A stretch of 63,480 nucleotides of DNA, the filler included, from Octopus bimaculoides (taxonomy: Eukaryota): the NCBI RefSeq assembly GCF_001194135.2. It is 12 parts of 9 records of this genome, joined end to end, with 100 filler letters (N's around TTAATTAATTAA, not from the genome) between each part and the next. Parts side by side here need not be neighbours in the genome. Positions count along the whole stretch, not along the records: positions 1 to 12,786 come from NC_068993.1; positions 12,887 to 19,006 come from NC_068993.1; 10 more parts are not named here. One strand, written 5' to 3'. The notes under the pieces were generated by a model. It made no database searches. It was not told where the DNA came from and saw only the letters and a list, made by a program, of their open reading frames with translations. This document shows positions 1 to 13,794 of the stretch, in pieces. The number at the start of each line of letters is the position of its first letter. Positions within the stretch are counted from its first letter, which is position 1. The translations under genes and the position numbers were made by a program.

Positions 1-130
1 GAACCCATAGCTGAACCATCTCCTGTCGATATATATCAGTGTCCATACTGAAGTAGGTTGTTTCTACACAGAAAGTCAACCTGATTAATAATAATAATAA
101 TAATAATATAATAATAATAATAATAATAAT

Positions 131-292
131 AGTAACATCGATAGGAATGAGAACCCAGGTTCGAAATTTCCCCAAGACACCTGACGAAGGCTGGAAGGTA
201 TATCAGCCGAAACAAGATGAGGACGAATATCCGTCAAATGTAGATAATGTAAATAATGTAAATAATTCCTCATCTCTTAAATATAGAACTGT
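131..292 (+). mobile_element. Short interspersed repeat carrying a hammerhead remnant (putative Penelope pLTR derivative, family A)
   Basis: Preceded by a (TAA)n array (about 84-130). Its 3' part recurs in reverse complement at 46139-46204. Contains CTGACGA/stem II/GAAA. Confidence 0.6.
176..213 (+). ncRNA. Hammerhead ribozyme remnant (cleavage side missing)
   Basis: gacac-CTGACGA(181-187)-A-GGCTGG aaggtata TCAGCC-GAAAC. Stem II is 5-6 bp. No NUH triplet or stem I partner follows. Confidence 0.6.
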
Positions 293-1149
293 AAATATGC
301 ATACATACATATCTACCTCCATACACACACACACATGCACACACACATGAATACATACATACACACATGCACACACACACATACATACTCATACATACAT
401 ACATACATACATACATACATACATGCATACAATGGCGACCATTGTGGTCAGTCTGATACTCGGACGTGTGTAATTACTACTCCTATGAAGGCTACATACC
501 AAATATTGGAAAAGATGAGCTACAAAGTGCAGTGAGATTACATACAAATATTTCTACATAAGTGCTTTAAACATTACATATATTGCAGCATATCTATATA
601 AACGCTACATAGACCTTAACATTTATATAAACAAAGCTCGGTAACCAAGTAACGTTTCAAAACAATTCACGAAAAAACATAACCCACTGACTTAAAAAAT
701 TTGAGCAACTTTAAATCTATTTCTGATAAATCCTTGTCGAAACCTTTAAAGAAGATCATTGTTTATTTTGAAAAACAAATGCAAATACCAGTGAAGAGAC
801 ATAATAATCGTGGCTAAGCATATGAGTTTCTGACCACATCGTAATAACCACTGTATACAATGGACCTACGATCTTAATATACAAAGTTCAGTTTTATGTA
901 AAGACTAACAAATTTGTGTTACCTCAAATACTCAAAATTCGATTTGTTCCAAAAACATTTAAGTGATGAAACAAAACTATCATTAGATGTAAACTGATAC
1001 ATCTAACGGAAATGTCTGCTTCATAGCAGGGTGATACTGTAAAGCCAGCCATTGAAGATAATCATTCTACTTCCACAGATGGACAGACAGAATGGTCGTC
1101 TAGATCTAGCAATAAGCAACACACCAATAATTTAGCTGAAATCCATACC

Positions 1150-1750
1150 TAATTGTGAACGCTTTACAAGTGATCTGGAATGATATCTTTCAACAGGTCA
1201 ACAAACTTAATATGAATGACAGGCGGTACAACATTGTAATTTAGTAAAATAGTATTAGAGTCAGTAAACGAAATAGCAAACAAATATCTAAAGACCACAC
1301 AGTCCAGAAGTATGAAAACAGGTAATGTCGACAGTCTTCCCACGCAAGCTTGGTAGACGTGATCTCAAATATGTACTAATGTCTTATGAAATACGTATAG
1401 TGACGTTGAAACACCATCTGCAGCAGAGAAAAGAGACAAATAACAGTCTCACTCAAGTTTGTGACCATGAAATCAACAACATAATTAGGACAGCTAATGA
1501 AATTCAGGAGAGGTATGATATGGGAGCTGATGCATGTCTCTGTACAAGGAGCACCGGAAAAATCTATTTATCAGAAGAACAAATTTTAAAACAATGGACA
1601 AGTCCGTTATGAAGATTTTACGTGGGATTGATCGTGTCATTACCATGGCATGTAGTACCGACATGTTTATGACATCTCACTTCATGTGCTACCTCCATGC
1701 AAACAAAGAACAAGAGATCCCCAACACGTACCTACAGCATAAAAGGTAAA
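1150..1750 (+). mobile_element. Degenerate R4/Dong-type (RLE) LINE, post-RT region
   Basis: FPRKLGRRDLK resembles LYLPRKxGGRGLK. TSHFMCYLHANKEQEIPNTYLQHKR resembles TSHFEGYxxAIQEQEI. Frameshifted. Confidence 0.65.
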
Positions 1751-1939
1751 AAAGATGATTTCCTTCACAAACTTGCTACCAAGCACGTGATCGGTCGACA
1801 TTTATTCTAAAGTAAACATGAAAGGGAACACGCATACATGCATACAAACACACACTGATACATACATACATACTTACATACATACATACATACATACATA
1901 CATCTTTCTTTCTTGCCTTTAAGCCTCCAAAGCGGAGTA

Positions 1940-2290
1940 TAGGCCACTTATAATTGAATCCCATGTCGCATAATTTTTCGCTTCTGTACTTATACTCTGC
2001 CATGAATGTCCCCCTTTCTCTAGTTCCTTTTGCGTTGATCTACGCCTCGAGTTCTTAGGCCTACCCCTCTTTCTATATCCATCCGGATTCCACTATAAAG
2101 TACTTTTCGCTGCATTTGGTGTGTCCTTTCGAATTGTGCTCCCAATCCACTTCTACTTTCTCTTCAATATTTGCTCCCTAATCGAAATTTGATTCGATCT
2201 TTGCTATAGCTCCATATTGCTTATGTGTTCGGGCCATCTGATTTTAAGTATACTACGCAAGCATCTGTTGATGAATGATTGTATTTGCCC
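1940..2290 (-). mobile_element. RTE-clade LINE 3' ORF fragment
   Basis: Minus-strand translation QSFINRCLRSILKIRWPEHISNMEL...KWIGSTIRK...WNPDGYRKRGRPKNSRRR, with in-frame stops. Confidence 0.8.
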
Positions 2291-2399
2291 AATCCTTCGT
2301 CCTCGTCGTGAGAGATGGAAACAGGTAAAGCTGGTGAGGTTGAATGGGATAATCACCCGTGCAATGGATTTTCAAATTGATTACGAAAACACTGATAGT

Positions 2400-2790
2400 T
2401 GACAAGCCTTGTATTAATTTACCAACCATAGGTTTCCAGAGTCAAAGGTGTTTCATGACCCTAGGGAAGCCAGTTGGTCGATACTGCTTTCGACAAAGGA
2501 TTCCAGATAGAAGGTATAAGAAATTCTGTAGACTCTGTAGAGTTAATACTGAGAATGTCACCTACATAAGAAGTAAGGGTACGTAAATGCGCTTATGCGT
2601 TAACTACCGATCACGTGGTGAAAACATTAAATCATGAAATGCGTAGAAATGATAATCATGCGAGGACAAATATAAGAAGATACATTAAAGTTGGACATAT
2701 ATTCACACATAATACCAATGACTACAATTGGAAACTCTCCGAACTAGACTTCAACAAACGACTAGCACAACGTACAAGACATAGTTATGT
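2400..2790 (+). mobile_element. Degenerate R4/Dong-type LINE fragment (CCHC region)
   Basis: KFCRLCRVNTENVTYI resembles CRLCxxxxEDITHI, followed by an RHDxV-like segment in a shifted frame. Confidence 0.55.
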
Positions 2791-3266
2791 GGAATAGAGA
2801 AAATATGTGACGAGATTGAAATCAGTTCCTCTAAACAACTGAAATCATGAAAAATCTACAGTTAATACATTCGAACAATAAGTTAAAATTTCTAAGAATT
2901 ATTGAAGCATTCCGTTCCGCGATAAAAAGCCTCAGTACACATTTTGAGGGGCTGGGATTAATACTATAAATCATTATTGAATATTTTTCGAGTTAAAAGT
3001 CAAGTTACGAAAAATATGCATGAAGTAAAATATTTAATAAGTTCCACATATGCAATGCTATATATGTGAACATGTATATGTGCGTGCATTCATATATACA
3101 TTCACATACACAGACTCAAACACACACTTACACCTACACACACAGACACAAACAAGCTCAAACACACACACAGTACTACTCTATTTGATGTTGTGCGACT
3201 TCGAGTGAAAGAATTTTGTTGCCAGAGAAAGAATTTTTAAAAAACATAGACATACACTACTACATA

Positions 3267-3333
<67 letters not shown>

Positions 3334-3714
3334 ACTTCTGTATATGTGTGTTTGTGTGTGTGTATGTGTGTATTTGTGTGTGCGTGTGTGTGTGTTTAGG
3401 TGCACGGCTTAATGGTTGTTATCTTAATTGAAACACTACATTTCCCTTCGCTCCAGTCCACTCAGCTGCAAATGACCCACTTAGCTACCACCGTAGCATC
3501 ATTTGAGTGCTAAAATGTAGCTCAGTGATTAGCGGTCTATTACAGCACTTGATAGTCTGGCCGATATGTTATACCTTGATACACACGCACATATGTATGT
3601 ATGTATGTATGTACGTATGTAAAAATAAGAGTTATAAAATATATCTGTTTCAAATTGCGGCACAAGACTAACAATTTCGGGAAGGGTATGGGACAATTAC
3701 ATCGACTCCTGTGA

Positions 3715-3850
3715 TCAGCTGGTACTCATTTTATCGGCCCTGAAAAGATGAAAGCCAAAGTCGACCCTGGTGACATGTGAACACAGAGCGTAAAGTCGAA
3801 AGAAATGTGCTAAGCGTTCGGCCCGTTGCGGTAATGCTTCTGCCAGATAG
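3715..3850 (-). mobile_element. tRNA-derived SINE family 2
   Basis: Shared ggtactcattttatcgacccc-aaaggatgaaaggcaaagtcgac body. Other copies at about 18110-18245, 23462-23590 (+), 28373-28505 and 59125-59272. Confidence 0.7.
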
Positions 3851-4144
3851 CCGTCATAAGAGTTGTAAAGTATATTCAAACATAATCTAAATAGTACAAA
3901 CATCATCTGATGTACGCTTCAATATTGGGCATTGTAGAGAGATACGGTAATTATAGAAAAGGTTCACTGTCTGTTTTGAGTTTACTCTAGGTTGGGCCCC
4001 TCACAGCACTCGCAAACAGCCCAGTCGGGGAGAACTACAAAGTAAATGATCAAATTTCGTTATAACACACACAGCAATGCATGTATGTGTGTGTTGCATT
4101 ACTGTGTGCGCATCTGTGCTCACACGATGCTTCGTAAATAACCC

Positions 4145-4199
<55 letters not shown>

Positions 4200-4769
4200 A
4201 ATACATATACATAATATATATATGTTATCTTTTAATTGTTTCAGCCATTTCTGACTGCAGCCATGGTGGGGCATCGCCTTGAAGGGTTGTAGTAGAACAC
4301 ATCGACGGACTTCTTTCAGTTACCGTCTACCAAATTCACTCACANNNNNNNNNNNNNNNNNNNNNNNNNNNNNNNNNNNNNNNNNNNNNNNNNNNNNNNN
4401 NNNNNNNNNNNNNNNNNNNNNNNNNNNNNNNNNNNNNNNNNNNNNNNNNNNNNNNNNNNNNNNNNNNNNNNNNNNNNNNNNNNNNNNNNNNNNNNNNNNN
4501 NNNNNNNNNNNNNNNNNNNNNNNNNNNNNNNNNATATATATATATATAATGAAGTGTGTTTGTCCGTCCGTCCACCTATAGCAAGAAATGCTATAGCATC
4601 TATATAAAAATTAAAAGCTAATTCTTGTGTAAAATTTTTCGCCGAAGATAATGGAACTGGTCCTGTGTTTCTGGCTGCCCTCCTAACTTTTCCTACATGT
4701 TGCACATATAGCAATCCCAAAATAAATGTTTTAAGGTGGATGATTTTTATAGGATTAATATATTTCATT

Positions 4770-5730
4770 TTCTTTTAAAATACCCATTTTTCCTAAACGT
4801 AGCAAGAAACAAATTCACTGGCGCAATGTGGTGTAGGTATGCCGTAAGTGTAAAAAGCATAGGGTTAAATACACAGTACCCGAATTCCAAGAAACACGAG
4901 CCAACACACCACCGACTCGCACACTCCATTCCGTTTTAGGAGAATAAATGCAGTTATCTGCGGAATGGTTATATATTTCTGTTATTCGTTTGATATTTAT
5001 ATCTGTAGAAGTTCAGTTTTGTTCTCTTCGGTCCCTTCTTTCCGCAAGTCCGCAGAGCAGTTTCGGAAAATTCCAAATATTTTGCTTTGATGGAAGCGAC
5101 GAAAGGTTTTCACAAGGCATTCCGATATATTTGCAATCTACACCATTAAAAGCATATTTGTAGAACATTTTATTTCAAAATACCCATTTTCCGTAGTCTT
5201 AGGGAAAAACAAATTCGGTGGGGCACTCTGGTTTAGGTCTGCCATATAAGTAAAAAGCATAGTGTGAAATACACAGTACCCAAATTCCTAGAAATACGAG
5301 CCAACACACCACCGAAACGCCCACCCCCATTCACGTTTACAAAAATAAATGCAGTTCTCTGCGGGATAGTCATATATTTCTTTCATTCATTTTATATTTA
5401 TATCTATAGAAGATCAGTTTTGTTTTTTTTCGCTGACTACCTTCAGAATAGAAACCGTAGCTTAGATTTCACTTCACACATTTTCCCTTTCTTTAACGTA
5501 TACCACATCAGAATTTATGACGTAAGCTGTTATTTTCCTATATCACTTCCTTACTTTAAATACTTGCACTGGTCACTTCCATTTCAAAACTAGATAAGGA
5601 ATACAATCCTATGGTCGAGGAACAGACGGTCAGTTGCTCCGCTCCATATCAAATACAACCCAACGTCTGTGCATGTGCGTATGTGTGTGTATATTATATT
5701 GTATATGTGTGTGTATATAATATTGTATAT

Positions 5731-5780
<50 letters not shown>

Positions 5781-6041
5781 TATATATATATANNNNNNNN
5801 NNNNNNNNNNNNNNNNNNNNNNNNNNNNNNNNNNNNNNNNNNNNNNNNNNNNNNNNNNNNNNNNNNNNNNNNNNNNNNNNNNNNNNNNNNNNNNNNNNNN
5901 NNNNNNNNNNNNNNNNNNNNNNNNNNNNNNNNNNNNNNNNNNNNNNNNNNNNNNNNNNNNNNNNNNNNNNNNNNNNNNNNNNNNNNNNNNNNNNNNNNNN
6001 NNNNNNNNNNNNNNNNNNNNNNNNNNNNNAATATTGTATAT

Positions 6042-6090
<49 letters not shown>

Positions 6091-6365
6091 TATATGGGAC
6101 CGACAAAAGCTTTTGAAGACATTCCTATATAGTTGCAATCTACACCATTAGAAGCATATCTGAAGTACATTTCACTTCAAAATACCCATTTTCCCTTAAC
6201 CTAAGAAGAAACAAATTCGGTGGAGCACTCTTGTGTAGGTGTGCCATATGTGTAAGAAGCATAGGGTCAAATACACAGTACACGATTTGCAGGAAATACC
6301 AAACAACACACCTCTGACTCGCTCACCCCCATTCCGTTTTCCGAAAATAAATGCATTTGTCTGCT
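4770..6365. repeat. Diverged tandem repeat, 3 visible copies of a unit of about 400 bp
   Basis: aaaatacccatttt...aaacaaattc...aaatacacagtac...aaataaatgca recurs at about 4778, 5177 and 6179. Confidence 0.75.
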
Positions 6366-6854
6366 GAATGGTCAAAATTATCATAATCGAAATGACAGGA
6401 ACACCCTCAAATATTATCAATTTTATTTTCTGCTTTCAGCGGTCACCTAAAAACAAATAAACTTTACTTTTTACAAGGACACTGATAATAACATGTGTGT
6501 GTATCTGTGTGTGTATGCGTATGTGTGCGTGTGGGTGGTGCATAACTGTAATGAGCTCTATTACTTTATATTACTATAAGTATTACGTAATTAAATATTA
6601 CTAGTTTTACATTCGTTTTATATCTATATCTGTAGATCAGTTTTGCCTTTTCACTGTGCATCTCTTATGACAGACGAAAATTTTAGCAAAAGCGACATAA
6701 TACTTCATTCAAGAGATTCTACATTGAAACGCATGTGTGAAACTCACGAATCTCATGACAGCCTTCAGATCACCTATTATTTGTATATGAAGAAGATAGC
6801 TATCATTTTGGCATCCTTCAATTTGGAAATAATCTCAGAAAGCATGTTTCACGT

Positions 6855-7570
6855 ATGGATATTTATGCTTATCATTTCATGATCAGAGATAATTCCTTCA
6901 ATCTTCTTCATAGAAGTCAAAATCTCTTCCATCAGTTTGCGGTTGATGAAACTGTAAAAGATGAAGCAGAAAGGCTTTTGTACATCAAAGCTCATCAAAA
7001 GGAGCTTAAAGCAGATTCATTTATCGATCTCAGAGATCATACAAATAACGATGGGCACGGAAGAGACATAGGTCAAACTTACATTTTACCTTCAAGCTTC
7101 AGAGGTAGTCCATGATATGTGCATGAGAGGACCCAAGATGCAATGACCTATGCTCGTTATTATGGAAGACCTGACATTTTTATTACATTCATTTCAAATC
7201 CAAAGTGGAAGGAGATTCAAAATGAGCTTTTCCCTGGACAAAAATACATCAATCGACAATATCTATTAGACAGAGTGTTTTGCGGGAAGCTAATCAAACT
7301 AATGAACCTTATCAACAACTCACAAATCTTCGGGTCAGTAAGATGTTTAATGTATACCATCGAGTGGGATAAATGAGGTCTGCCTCAAGCTCATATTTGG
7401 CTGTGACTTATCACAAGAATCAATTCCAATCAAATTTATTCAATAATGTCAGCAGAGTTATGCCATCCAGTGATAGATCCAATCCTATTTGAAATAATCA
7501 AGAATCACATGGTGTATGGACCTTGTGGTAATATCATTCGCAATTCACTTTGTATGGCTGATGGCAATTT
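6855..7570 (+). mobile_element. Helitron Rep (HUH) pseudogene fragment
   Basis: ILPSSFRGSP*YVHERTQDAMTYARYYGRPDIFITF..NPKWKEI..MYTIEWDK*GLPQAHIWL..MVYGPCG matches Helitron Rep motifs 1-2. Stops fall at Arg codons, consistent with CpG decay. Confidence 0.93.
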
Positions 7571-8009
7571 TTATTTTTACTTTATTCTTATTTTTCCCTT
7601 TTACCACTGTCTTATTTTTTTAATCCTTTCTCCTATCTCTCTTTCTCTTTCCTCCTCTCTCCCTCTCTCATACACCCACTCATAAAACCCATTTATGTCC
7701 ATCATACTTTCTTGCTTTATATATACATGTGCTATATGGATACATCATTCAGAACACTGCCAAAATATTGTCTGGATTTAACTGAAATTATAACTAAAAA
7801 TCTGTACTTTCATGCAAGTACCGACCAACACCGACATCCACTGGAAAAGGATAAGTTGTAAACATTATTCACCTGCCTGTATTCTTCTAACTACTTTTAC
7901 TCTTTATTATTCTATTTTACTACTTTATTCTCCTATTTTATTCCTTATAAACTGTGAATTTTATTTCTTGTAAACTGTAAATTTTCGCCTTCTCATATAT
8001 TCATATCTT

Positions 8010-8085
8010 GTCTCTTATGACGGATTACCCAGTGCATGGACATGCTAACCAACCACTTGGGTTATCCCAGAAACAATTATAAGAT
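8010..8085 (+). ncRNA. Degenerate hammerhead with long stem II
   Basis: gtct-CTTATGA-c-ggattacccagtg...cacttgggttatcc-ca-GAAA-caatta-TA-agat. G5 is mutated and stem III is near-palindromic. Confidence 0.45.
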
Positions 8086-8619
8086 TTCAAATTAATCTTG
8101 CCTTAATTAAATTATTCTATACGACTTGAGATACTCCTGGCTTGCGTTTGATTTTTCCNNNNNNNNNNATATATATATGAATATATGAATATATTACATA
8201 TAATCAGACCTAATTTCGTAGGACATTATGCGGGTAAGAATATGGCCTAGCTAAGACACTATACAACTATACATTATATTTTAGAAGATTTGTGAGTTTG
8301 TAATGTGAAACTTGTTTTGGGAATCCATTCATTCTAATAATTGTTAGGAAACATGTTCACTTATTATTACTTTTATTATATACATCCTTTTCTGTCTCTC
8401 AATATTCCAAACATAAACGAGAATGAGGCTAAATATTTGGACGTGTATTAAATACATACAATATTAAATAGTACCGCAAATTTACAGAGCTCTAGTATAA
8501 TAAATATTGTTAAATACATATACTAATTCCTATGTTTTGTGTATTTTCCGGTGGCTGCAATGGCATGCATATCATATAACTCTCATGCCAATGGGTTTAA
8601 GATACCTTAGAGCCATAGA

Positions 8620-9190
8620 CAGGCGCGATAACTCATCCTTAATCCTATTTGGGAGTGATGGGCATCGATGTTTCGCCATTTTCATGACTTATCAACACCA
8701 CCTACTCGGCTGGCTTCACGGCTAGTCAGCTAGCCAGTCCAACGACTTATATGCTCTGCTCATGAGCTGGTATGCCCGGAAATTGCACACCTAAGAAAGG
8801 TGCTTTTACTTCATGAACGTAGAGCCTATCAGAAACACCACGGAAGGCCATATTCCTCACTGCTACAAGCAGAACAATTGCCAAGATACATTCTAACACT
8901 GCGCTGTAATGAGCTCTCCACTTTTCCACTTAAGCAACCGCTTGTTTGTCAAGAGTTGAGGCTGTTTTAAGGCGGAATTCTAGCTCCTTCCATTTCATCA
9001 TATGCTTCTTGTGCTTCATTCATTTCTCATGTTGTTCTAATGTCTTGCTCAAATATTGCCAACTTCTGAATCCTTTAGACGTTAGTCTCATTTTATTGCG
9101 ACCAAACAGCTTGCAAGAGAAACAATATAACGCGTCATGCTGAATTGAATATACAAGCCACATTCGAATAGATGAAACTCGATGGGGTTT
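8620..9190 (-). mobile_element. hAT-superfamily transposase fragment (TTF-type Zn finger plus DUF4371-like region)
   Basis: Minus-strand translation RMWLVYSIQHDALYCFSCKLF..GFRSWQYLSKTLEQHE..WKELEFRLK..ILAIVLLVAVRNMAFRGVSDRLY, with stops. Confidence 0.85.
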
Positions 9191-9991
9191 TTGAACTTTT
9201 TTTTTTTCGGCACCGAATTACATTTTATTATCTCTGTGAGTTACTTTTCGAAATAAAATGTCCCTAGAATAAAAATGGTATTTTCAGGCTCTTTCTCTAC
9301 GTCGTTTGAATAATTTTAATGAGACATCAAGCATTTGCGGTTCTTATAAACATGTACACTGTACTTTATCCATTGTATATATTTTTCATATCTGTAAGCA
9401 CAAGGGTTCACCAATACACACGCGCACACACACACACACACACATACACACACCCACTTACACACACACATGCACGCACAAACACACGCACATGTACACA
9501 CATATATACACACATACATGCAAACAAACAGACATGTATGTATATATGTAAAATCAGACACCTTGTACTATCTACACATGACTACAGTTATGTATTTGGA
9601 AGTCACTTAGTTTTGGAAATATCGTAATATTGTCCTTTCTTACAGATCTGTTTCGAAGAAGAATTTTTTGGAGGCAAAATGCTCATTAATTTTCAGTTTC
9701 TCTAAGAGCAACTTATTTAACTTGCTGTATATAACAACAACTTATCTGGAGAGTACATAAATGGTCTCTCTCTTAATTCGGCTGTAAGACGTTGCTCACC
9801 TACGAATTTAATTTATCAGCAAATAATTATATAAAGCTTCAGCTTAAATCTTTATATCTGATGCTGGCATTATACCGAAACATTTACGTTATTTAGAAGC
9901 ATTATAACTGTGAATAATAATCGATGTTTAAACTTCCAAATATTCTCTTAAATAAAGAGAAAATTTCCTTTAAAACATTCATATGCTTACG

Positions 9992-10069
<78 letters not shown>

Positions 10070-11699
10070 GTGGTCTTTTGGCGTGTGATCTACAAAGGGC
10101 GATTGGTTTCCATTACTTTTTAGGTTACTTTTCAATTTCTAAAACTCTTTCGTTTGTAGCAGATGTTCGCACAATTTATCGATAAAATTATTCAATTTTC
10201 TATTTTATCTTTATCATCGAATTGCTGTTTAATTTTTTTAGAATTTGTTTTTTGTTCATACTTAGCATTGTAATTGTATTTTTTCAAACTTCTTACCATT
10301 TTAATATAGATAAAACTTTGTTTAATTTATGTCTTAGTAAATGATGATAATTGAAATGTAAACTAAAAAGTAGCCTAAAGTAATCACACTTTAAGTTGTA
10401 GATCACACACCGAAGTAGCAACGATAGATAGTTAGATAAGTATGGTGATACAAACAGAAAGTAAAATAATTGTTTCTCATTAACAGCCATTATAGCAGAC
10501 TGCTATAATGAATCCATAAAGGCATATAAAACATCCAAGGGTATATTTTTCCCTCTGAAGATATTATGCTCAGGTGATATAAATTTGGTATTTAAATATT
10601 TACTGAGTACTAACTGAAAGAGCTGTAAGGGATGATGATTAATTTGTTGTTAATAATAAACATTTATAAATTCCCCAATTACCATTTTCTTTTTCATCAT
10701 ATATATATATTTGAAGAAAAGCAACAAAATTCATTAGGTTATAGCAGTACGTACGTTTCGTACAAATTCATTTATTTATGTCGTGAGAATACCACATAAG
10801 ATGTGCAATGAAAATGTACTCTTCAGCTGCATAATGGAAGTTCATTTTAGAAAGTCATTTTGTAGATGTGTACAAATACAAGAGTAGGAGATGAAGGAAA
10901 TACCATCTTGACTGGGATGTTAATCAACAGTCTAGTGAATCAAACATGAATTTAATTTCAATATATTCTAATTGGAGGGGTAAGATAGGAGTAATTTCAA
11001 TTTAGAGGAAGGTAGATTAAGTAGTAAGGGACAGCAGGTTAGGGATAAATCAAGCAAGAGAAAAAAAGAGAGAGAGAGATAAGAAAAAAATGAAAACAAA
11101 TATATATATAGAAATAAAAATGAAAATGGAAGGACAATACCCTAAGGAGTGGCTAGAAGAAATTTAAGGTAAGGGAATTTAGGTCAAGAGATTGGAGAAT
11201 TATTAAGAATATATCTATTCGTCAGTATATTTAGAATAATACAACAAAACACTAAAGTACTAAATTTAAAACCATAGAGAACATTAATAGTTAAATTAGA
11301 ACAAGACAAACATTTATAGTTAAAATAAGATATACATTAATGTGGGGTAATAGAAGAGAGATATTATTTATTAGAAAAAACATAATAAGAGAAGATATCA
11401 ATGGCCAAAAACAAATCAAAGTGAAAGGGGGGAAGGAGAAGGAAAAAAGGGGAGGAATAAAGTTAGAAAATCAGGACTAAACTAAGAGTATTAAAGCCAT
11501 GGTTTCAGAATTGATAATGTGGTAGAAGAGACTTAGAATTAGTTAGAGAAATCTAAGAATATTATCAGTGGGTTGGGAAATGTTAAAATGTATTCCAAAT
11601 TTATGCTTTAAAACTATAACTCAAATAAAGTAGTTAATAGTCTGGGAAACGAAAGGAATTAAAATAATATATTATTAGCAAGATTTACTTTTTAAAATA

Positions 11700-12450
11700 T
11701 TTAAAGGTGCGAGAGTAACGATGTACACATAGAACCCTGAGGTCAGATCTATTGTTAATTAGATTAGGATTATCTTTAAGTTTAAAAATTTCATACAGCC
11801 GTATCTACTATTTGTATAGGGTTGTGCTCTCCTGATGATTTCCCATTTAATGTTAAAATCGATATCATTTTCCTTCAATTCCCAAATTTTATTAGATAAT
11901 GATGTGCTATTGGCCTTATGTTTAAGTTTAAACGAGGAAAAAATGATTGTATAATCGCTGTTTAAGTTTGATTGTGCAACCAACATAAATGTAATTATTA
12001 GTTGGAGTAGCTACTGTACATTTATAGACCAGGTTACGGGCCAAACAACGGCCAGATACCAGGCAGCGGGCCTTAATTCTACAATTGCAATCAAGGGGGT
12101 TATTAGCTATATATATATATTACTATGTTGATTGTTAATACAAATATCTAAATTGGTCATATCAATATTGTTGATTGTATTACTAGATATGCAATTGACA
12201 TTGTTTGAGCTAGGAAGATTTATCTCATCAACTATGTTAACAGTTGAAGTATTAATATGTTCATTAACATGTGCATGATTATTGGTTGCGTTGGTGTTAT
12301 TAATTGTCTGGTAGTTATTTGTATTGCTACCAATAATAAGACAATTTTTATTTTCAAGGGTCCTAGCTAATTCAATGTTCTTTCTATTCAACTTATTGAT
12401 GATAGATCCTATATTGGGGAGAGTAGAGTATGAGATACGGATTGTGTGTT
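11700..12450 (-). mobile_element. Penelope-like element, linker plus GIY-YIG endonuclease fragment
   Basis: FKHTIRISYSTLPNIGSIINKLN; YIYVG; NSTSLSNKIWELKENDIDFNIKWEIIRRAQPY. Confidence 0.85.
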
Positions 12451-12454
12451 TAAA

Positions 12455-12786
12455 AAAGATTGCCAACCACATGGTTCAGGGTTCAGTCCCATTGTGTAGC
12501 ACCTTGAGCAAGTGTCTTCTACTATAACCTCGGGCCGACCAAAGCATTGTCAGTGGATTTGGTAGACGGAAACTGAAACAAGCTTGTCGTATATATGTAT
12601 ATGTTTGTGTGTCTATGTTTGTCCTCCTAGCATCGCCTTCCTGTTTTGCCTTCTCGTAATTTAACAGTTCAGCAAAAACGACCGATAAAATAAGTATTAG
12701 GCTTACAAAGGATAGGTCCTGGTGTCGATTTGTTCGACTAAAGGAGGTGCTCCGGCAGTCAAATAACTGAAACAAATAAACGAATA
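12455..12786 (+). mobile_element. tRNA-derived SINE family 1
   Basis: B-box-like ggttcagtccc, body caagtgtcttctactata..gtagacggaaactgaaa, 3' end ctgaaacaaataaa. Confidence 0.8.
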
Positions 12787-12974
12787 NNNNNNNNNNNNNN
12801 NNNNNNNNNNNNNNNNNNNNNNNNNNNNNNTTAATTAATTAANNNNNNNNNNNNNNNNNNNNNNNNNNNNNNNNNNNNNNNNNNNNTATATATATATATA
12901 CATATATATATATATACATATATCATCATCATCATCGTTTACATATATATACGTACATATATATACGTATGTAT

Positions 12975-13794
12975 ATATCTAGAGAGATGATTGCGCTGGT
13001 ATGGACATGTGGCAAGAATGGATGAGGATAGCTGTGTGAAAAAGTGCCACGCCCTAGCAGTTGAGGGAACCTGTGGAAGAGGTAGACTCAGGAAGACCTG
13101 GAATGAGGTGGTGAAGCGCCTTCGAACTTTAGGCCTCACCGAGGCAATGACAAGTGACCGGGACCTTTGGAAATATGCAGTACGTGAGAAGACCCGGCAA
13201 GGCAAGTGAGAGCCTAATCTGTGACCTCTGCCAGAAGTGTAGCCAGCTCACTAATCCGTACCTTTACTTCATTGGACACTAAAAACCCTGCTTGCGAAGA
13301 CCTATTGACGCAAGTGAATTTGGAATTTGAAATTTGAAATCTAAAATCGAAATCGAACCGAATCCGACGACTGGCACCCATGCCAACCTCTCTTTCATTG
13401 GACACTAAACTCTGTTTGCGAAAACTTGCTGGGCCAAGTGAAATCGTAAAATGAACCATACTCGATGACTGGTCACCGCGCCAGTGGAGCACTAATAACA
13501 CTGTCGAGCATGTTCATTGTCAAAGCAGCTGTCTGGCTTCCAGTGGCCCATAAATAGCATCATTAGAGCATAATCGTTACCAGCGTTGCCTTCTAGCACT
13601 TGTGCTGGTGGCACGTTAGAAAATCATTCGAGCGAGGTCATTGGCAGAGCCGCTGGACTGGCTCTTGTGCAGGTGGCACGTAAAAAACACCTTTTTGATC
13701 GTGGCCGTTGCCTGTACCGTGTGACTGGCCCTCGTGCTGGTGGCACGTAAAAGCACCCACTACACTCTCGGAGTGGTTGGCGTTAGGAAGGGCA
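12975..13794 (+). mobile_element. RTE LINE 3' end (ORF C-terminus plus 3' UTR)
   Basis: LRWYGHVARMDEDSCVKKCHALAVEGTCGRGRLRKTWNEVV...DRDLWK. The UTR ends in the ttggcgttaggaagggca motif also seen at 15.8 kb. Confidence 0.85.

Noticed and set aside
11180-11235. Minus-strand CTGACGA downstream of the 11.7 kb Penelope ORF
   Set aside because: No GAAA and no closable stem I or III. At most an unrecognisable remnant.
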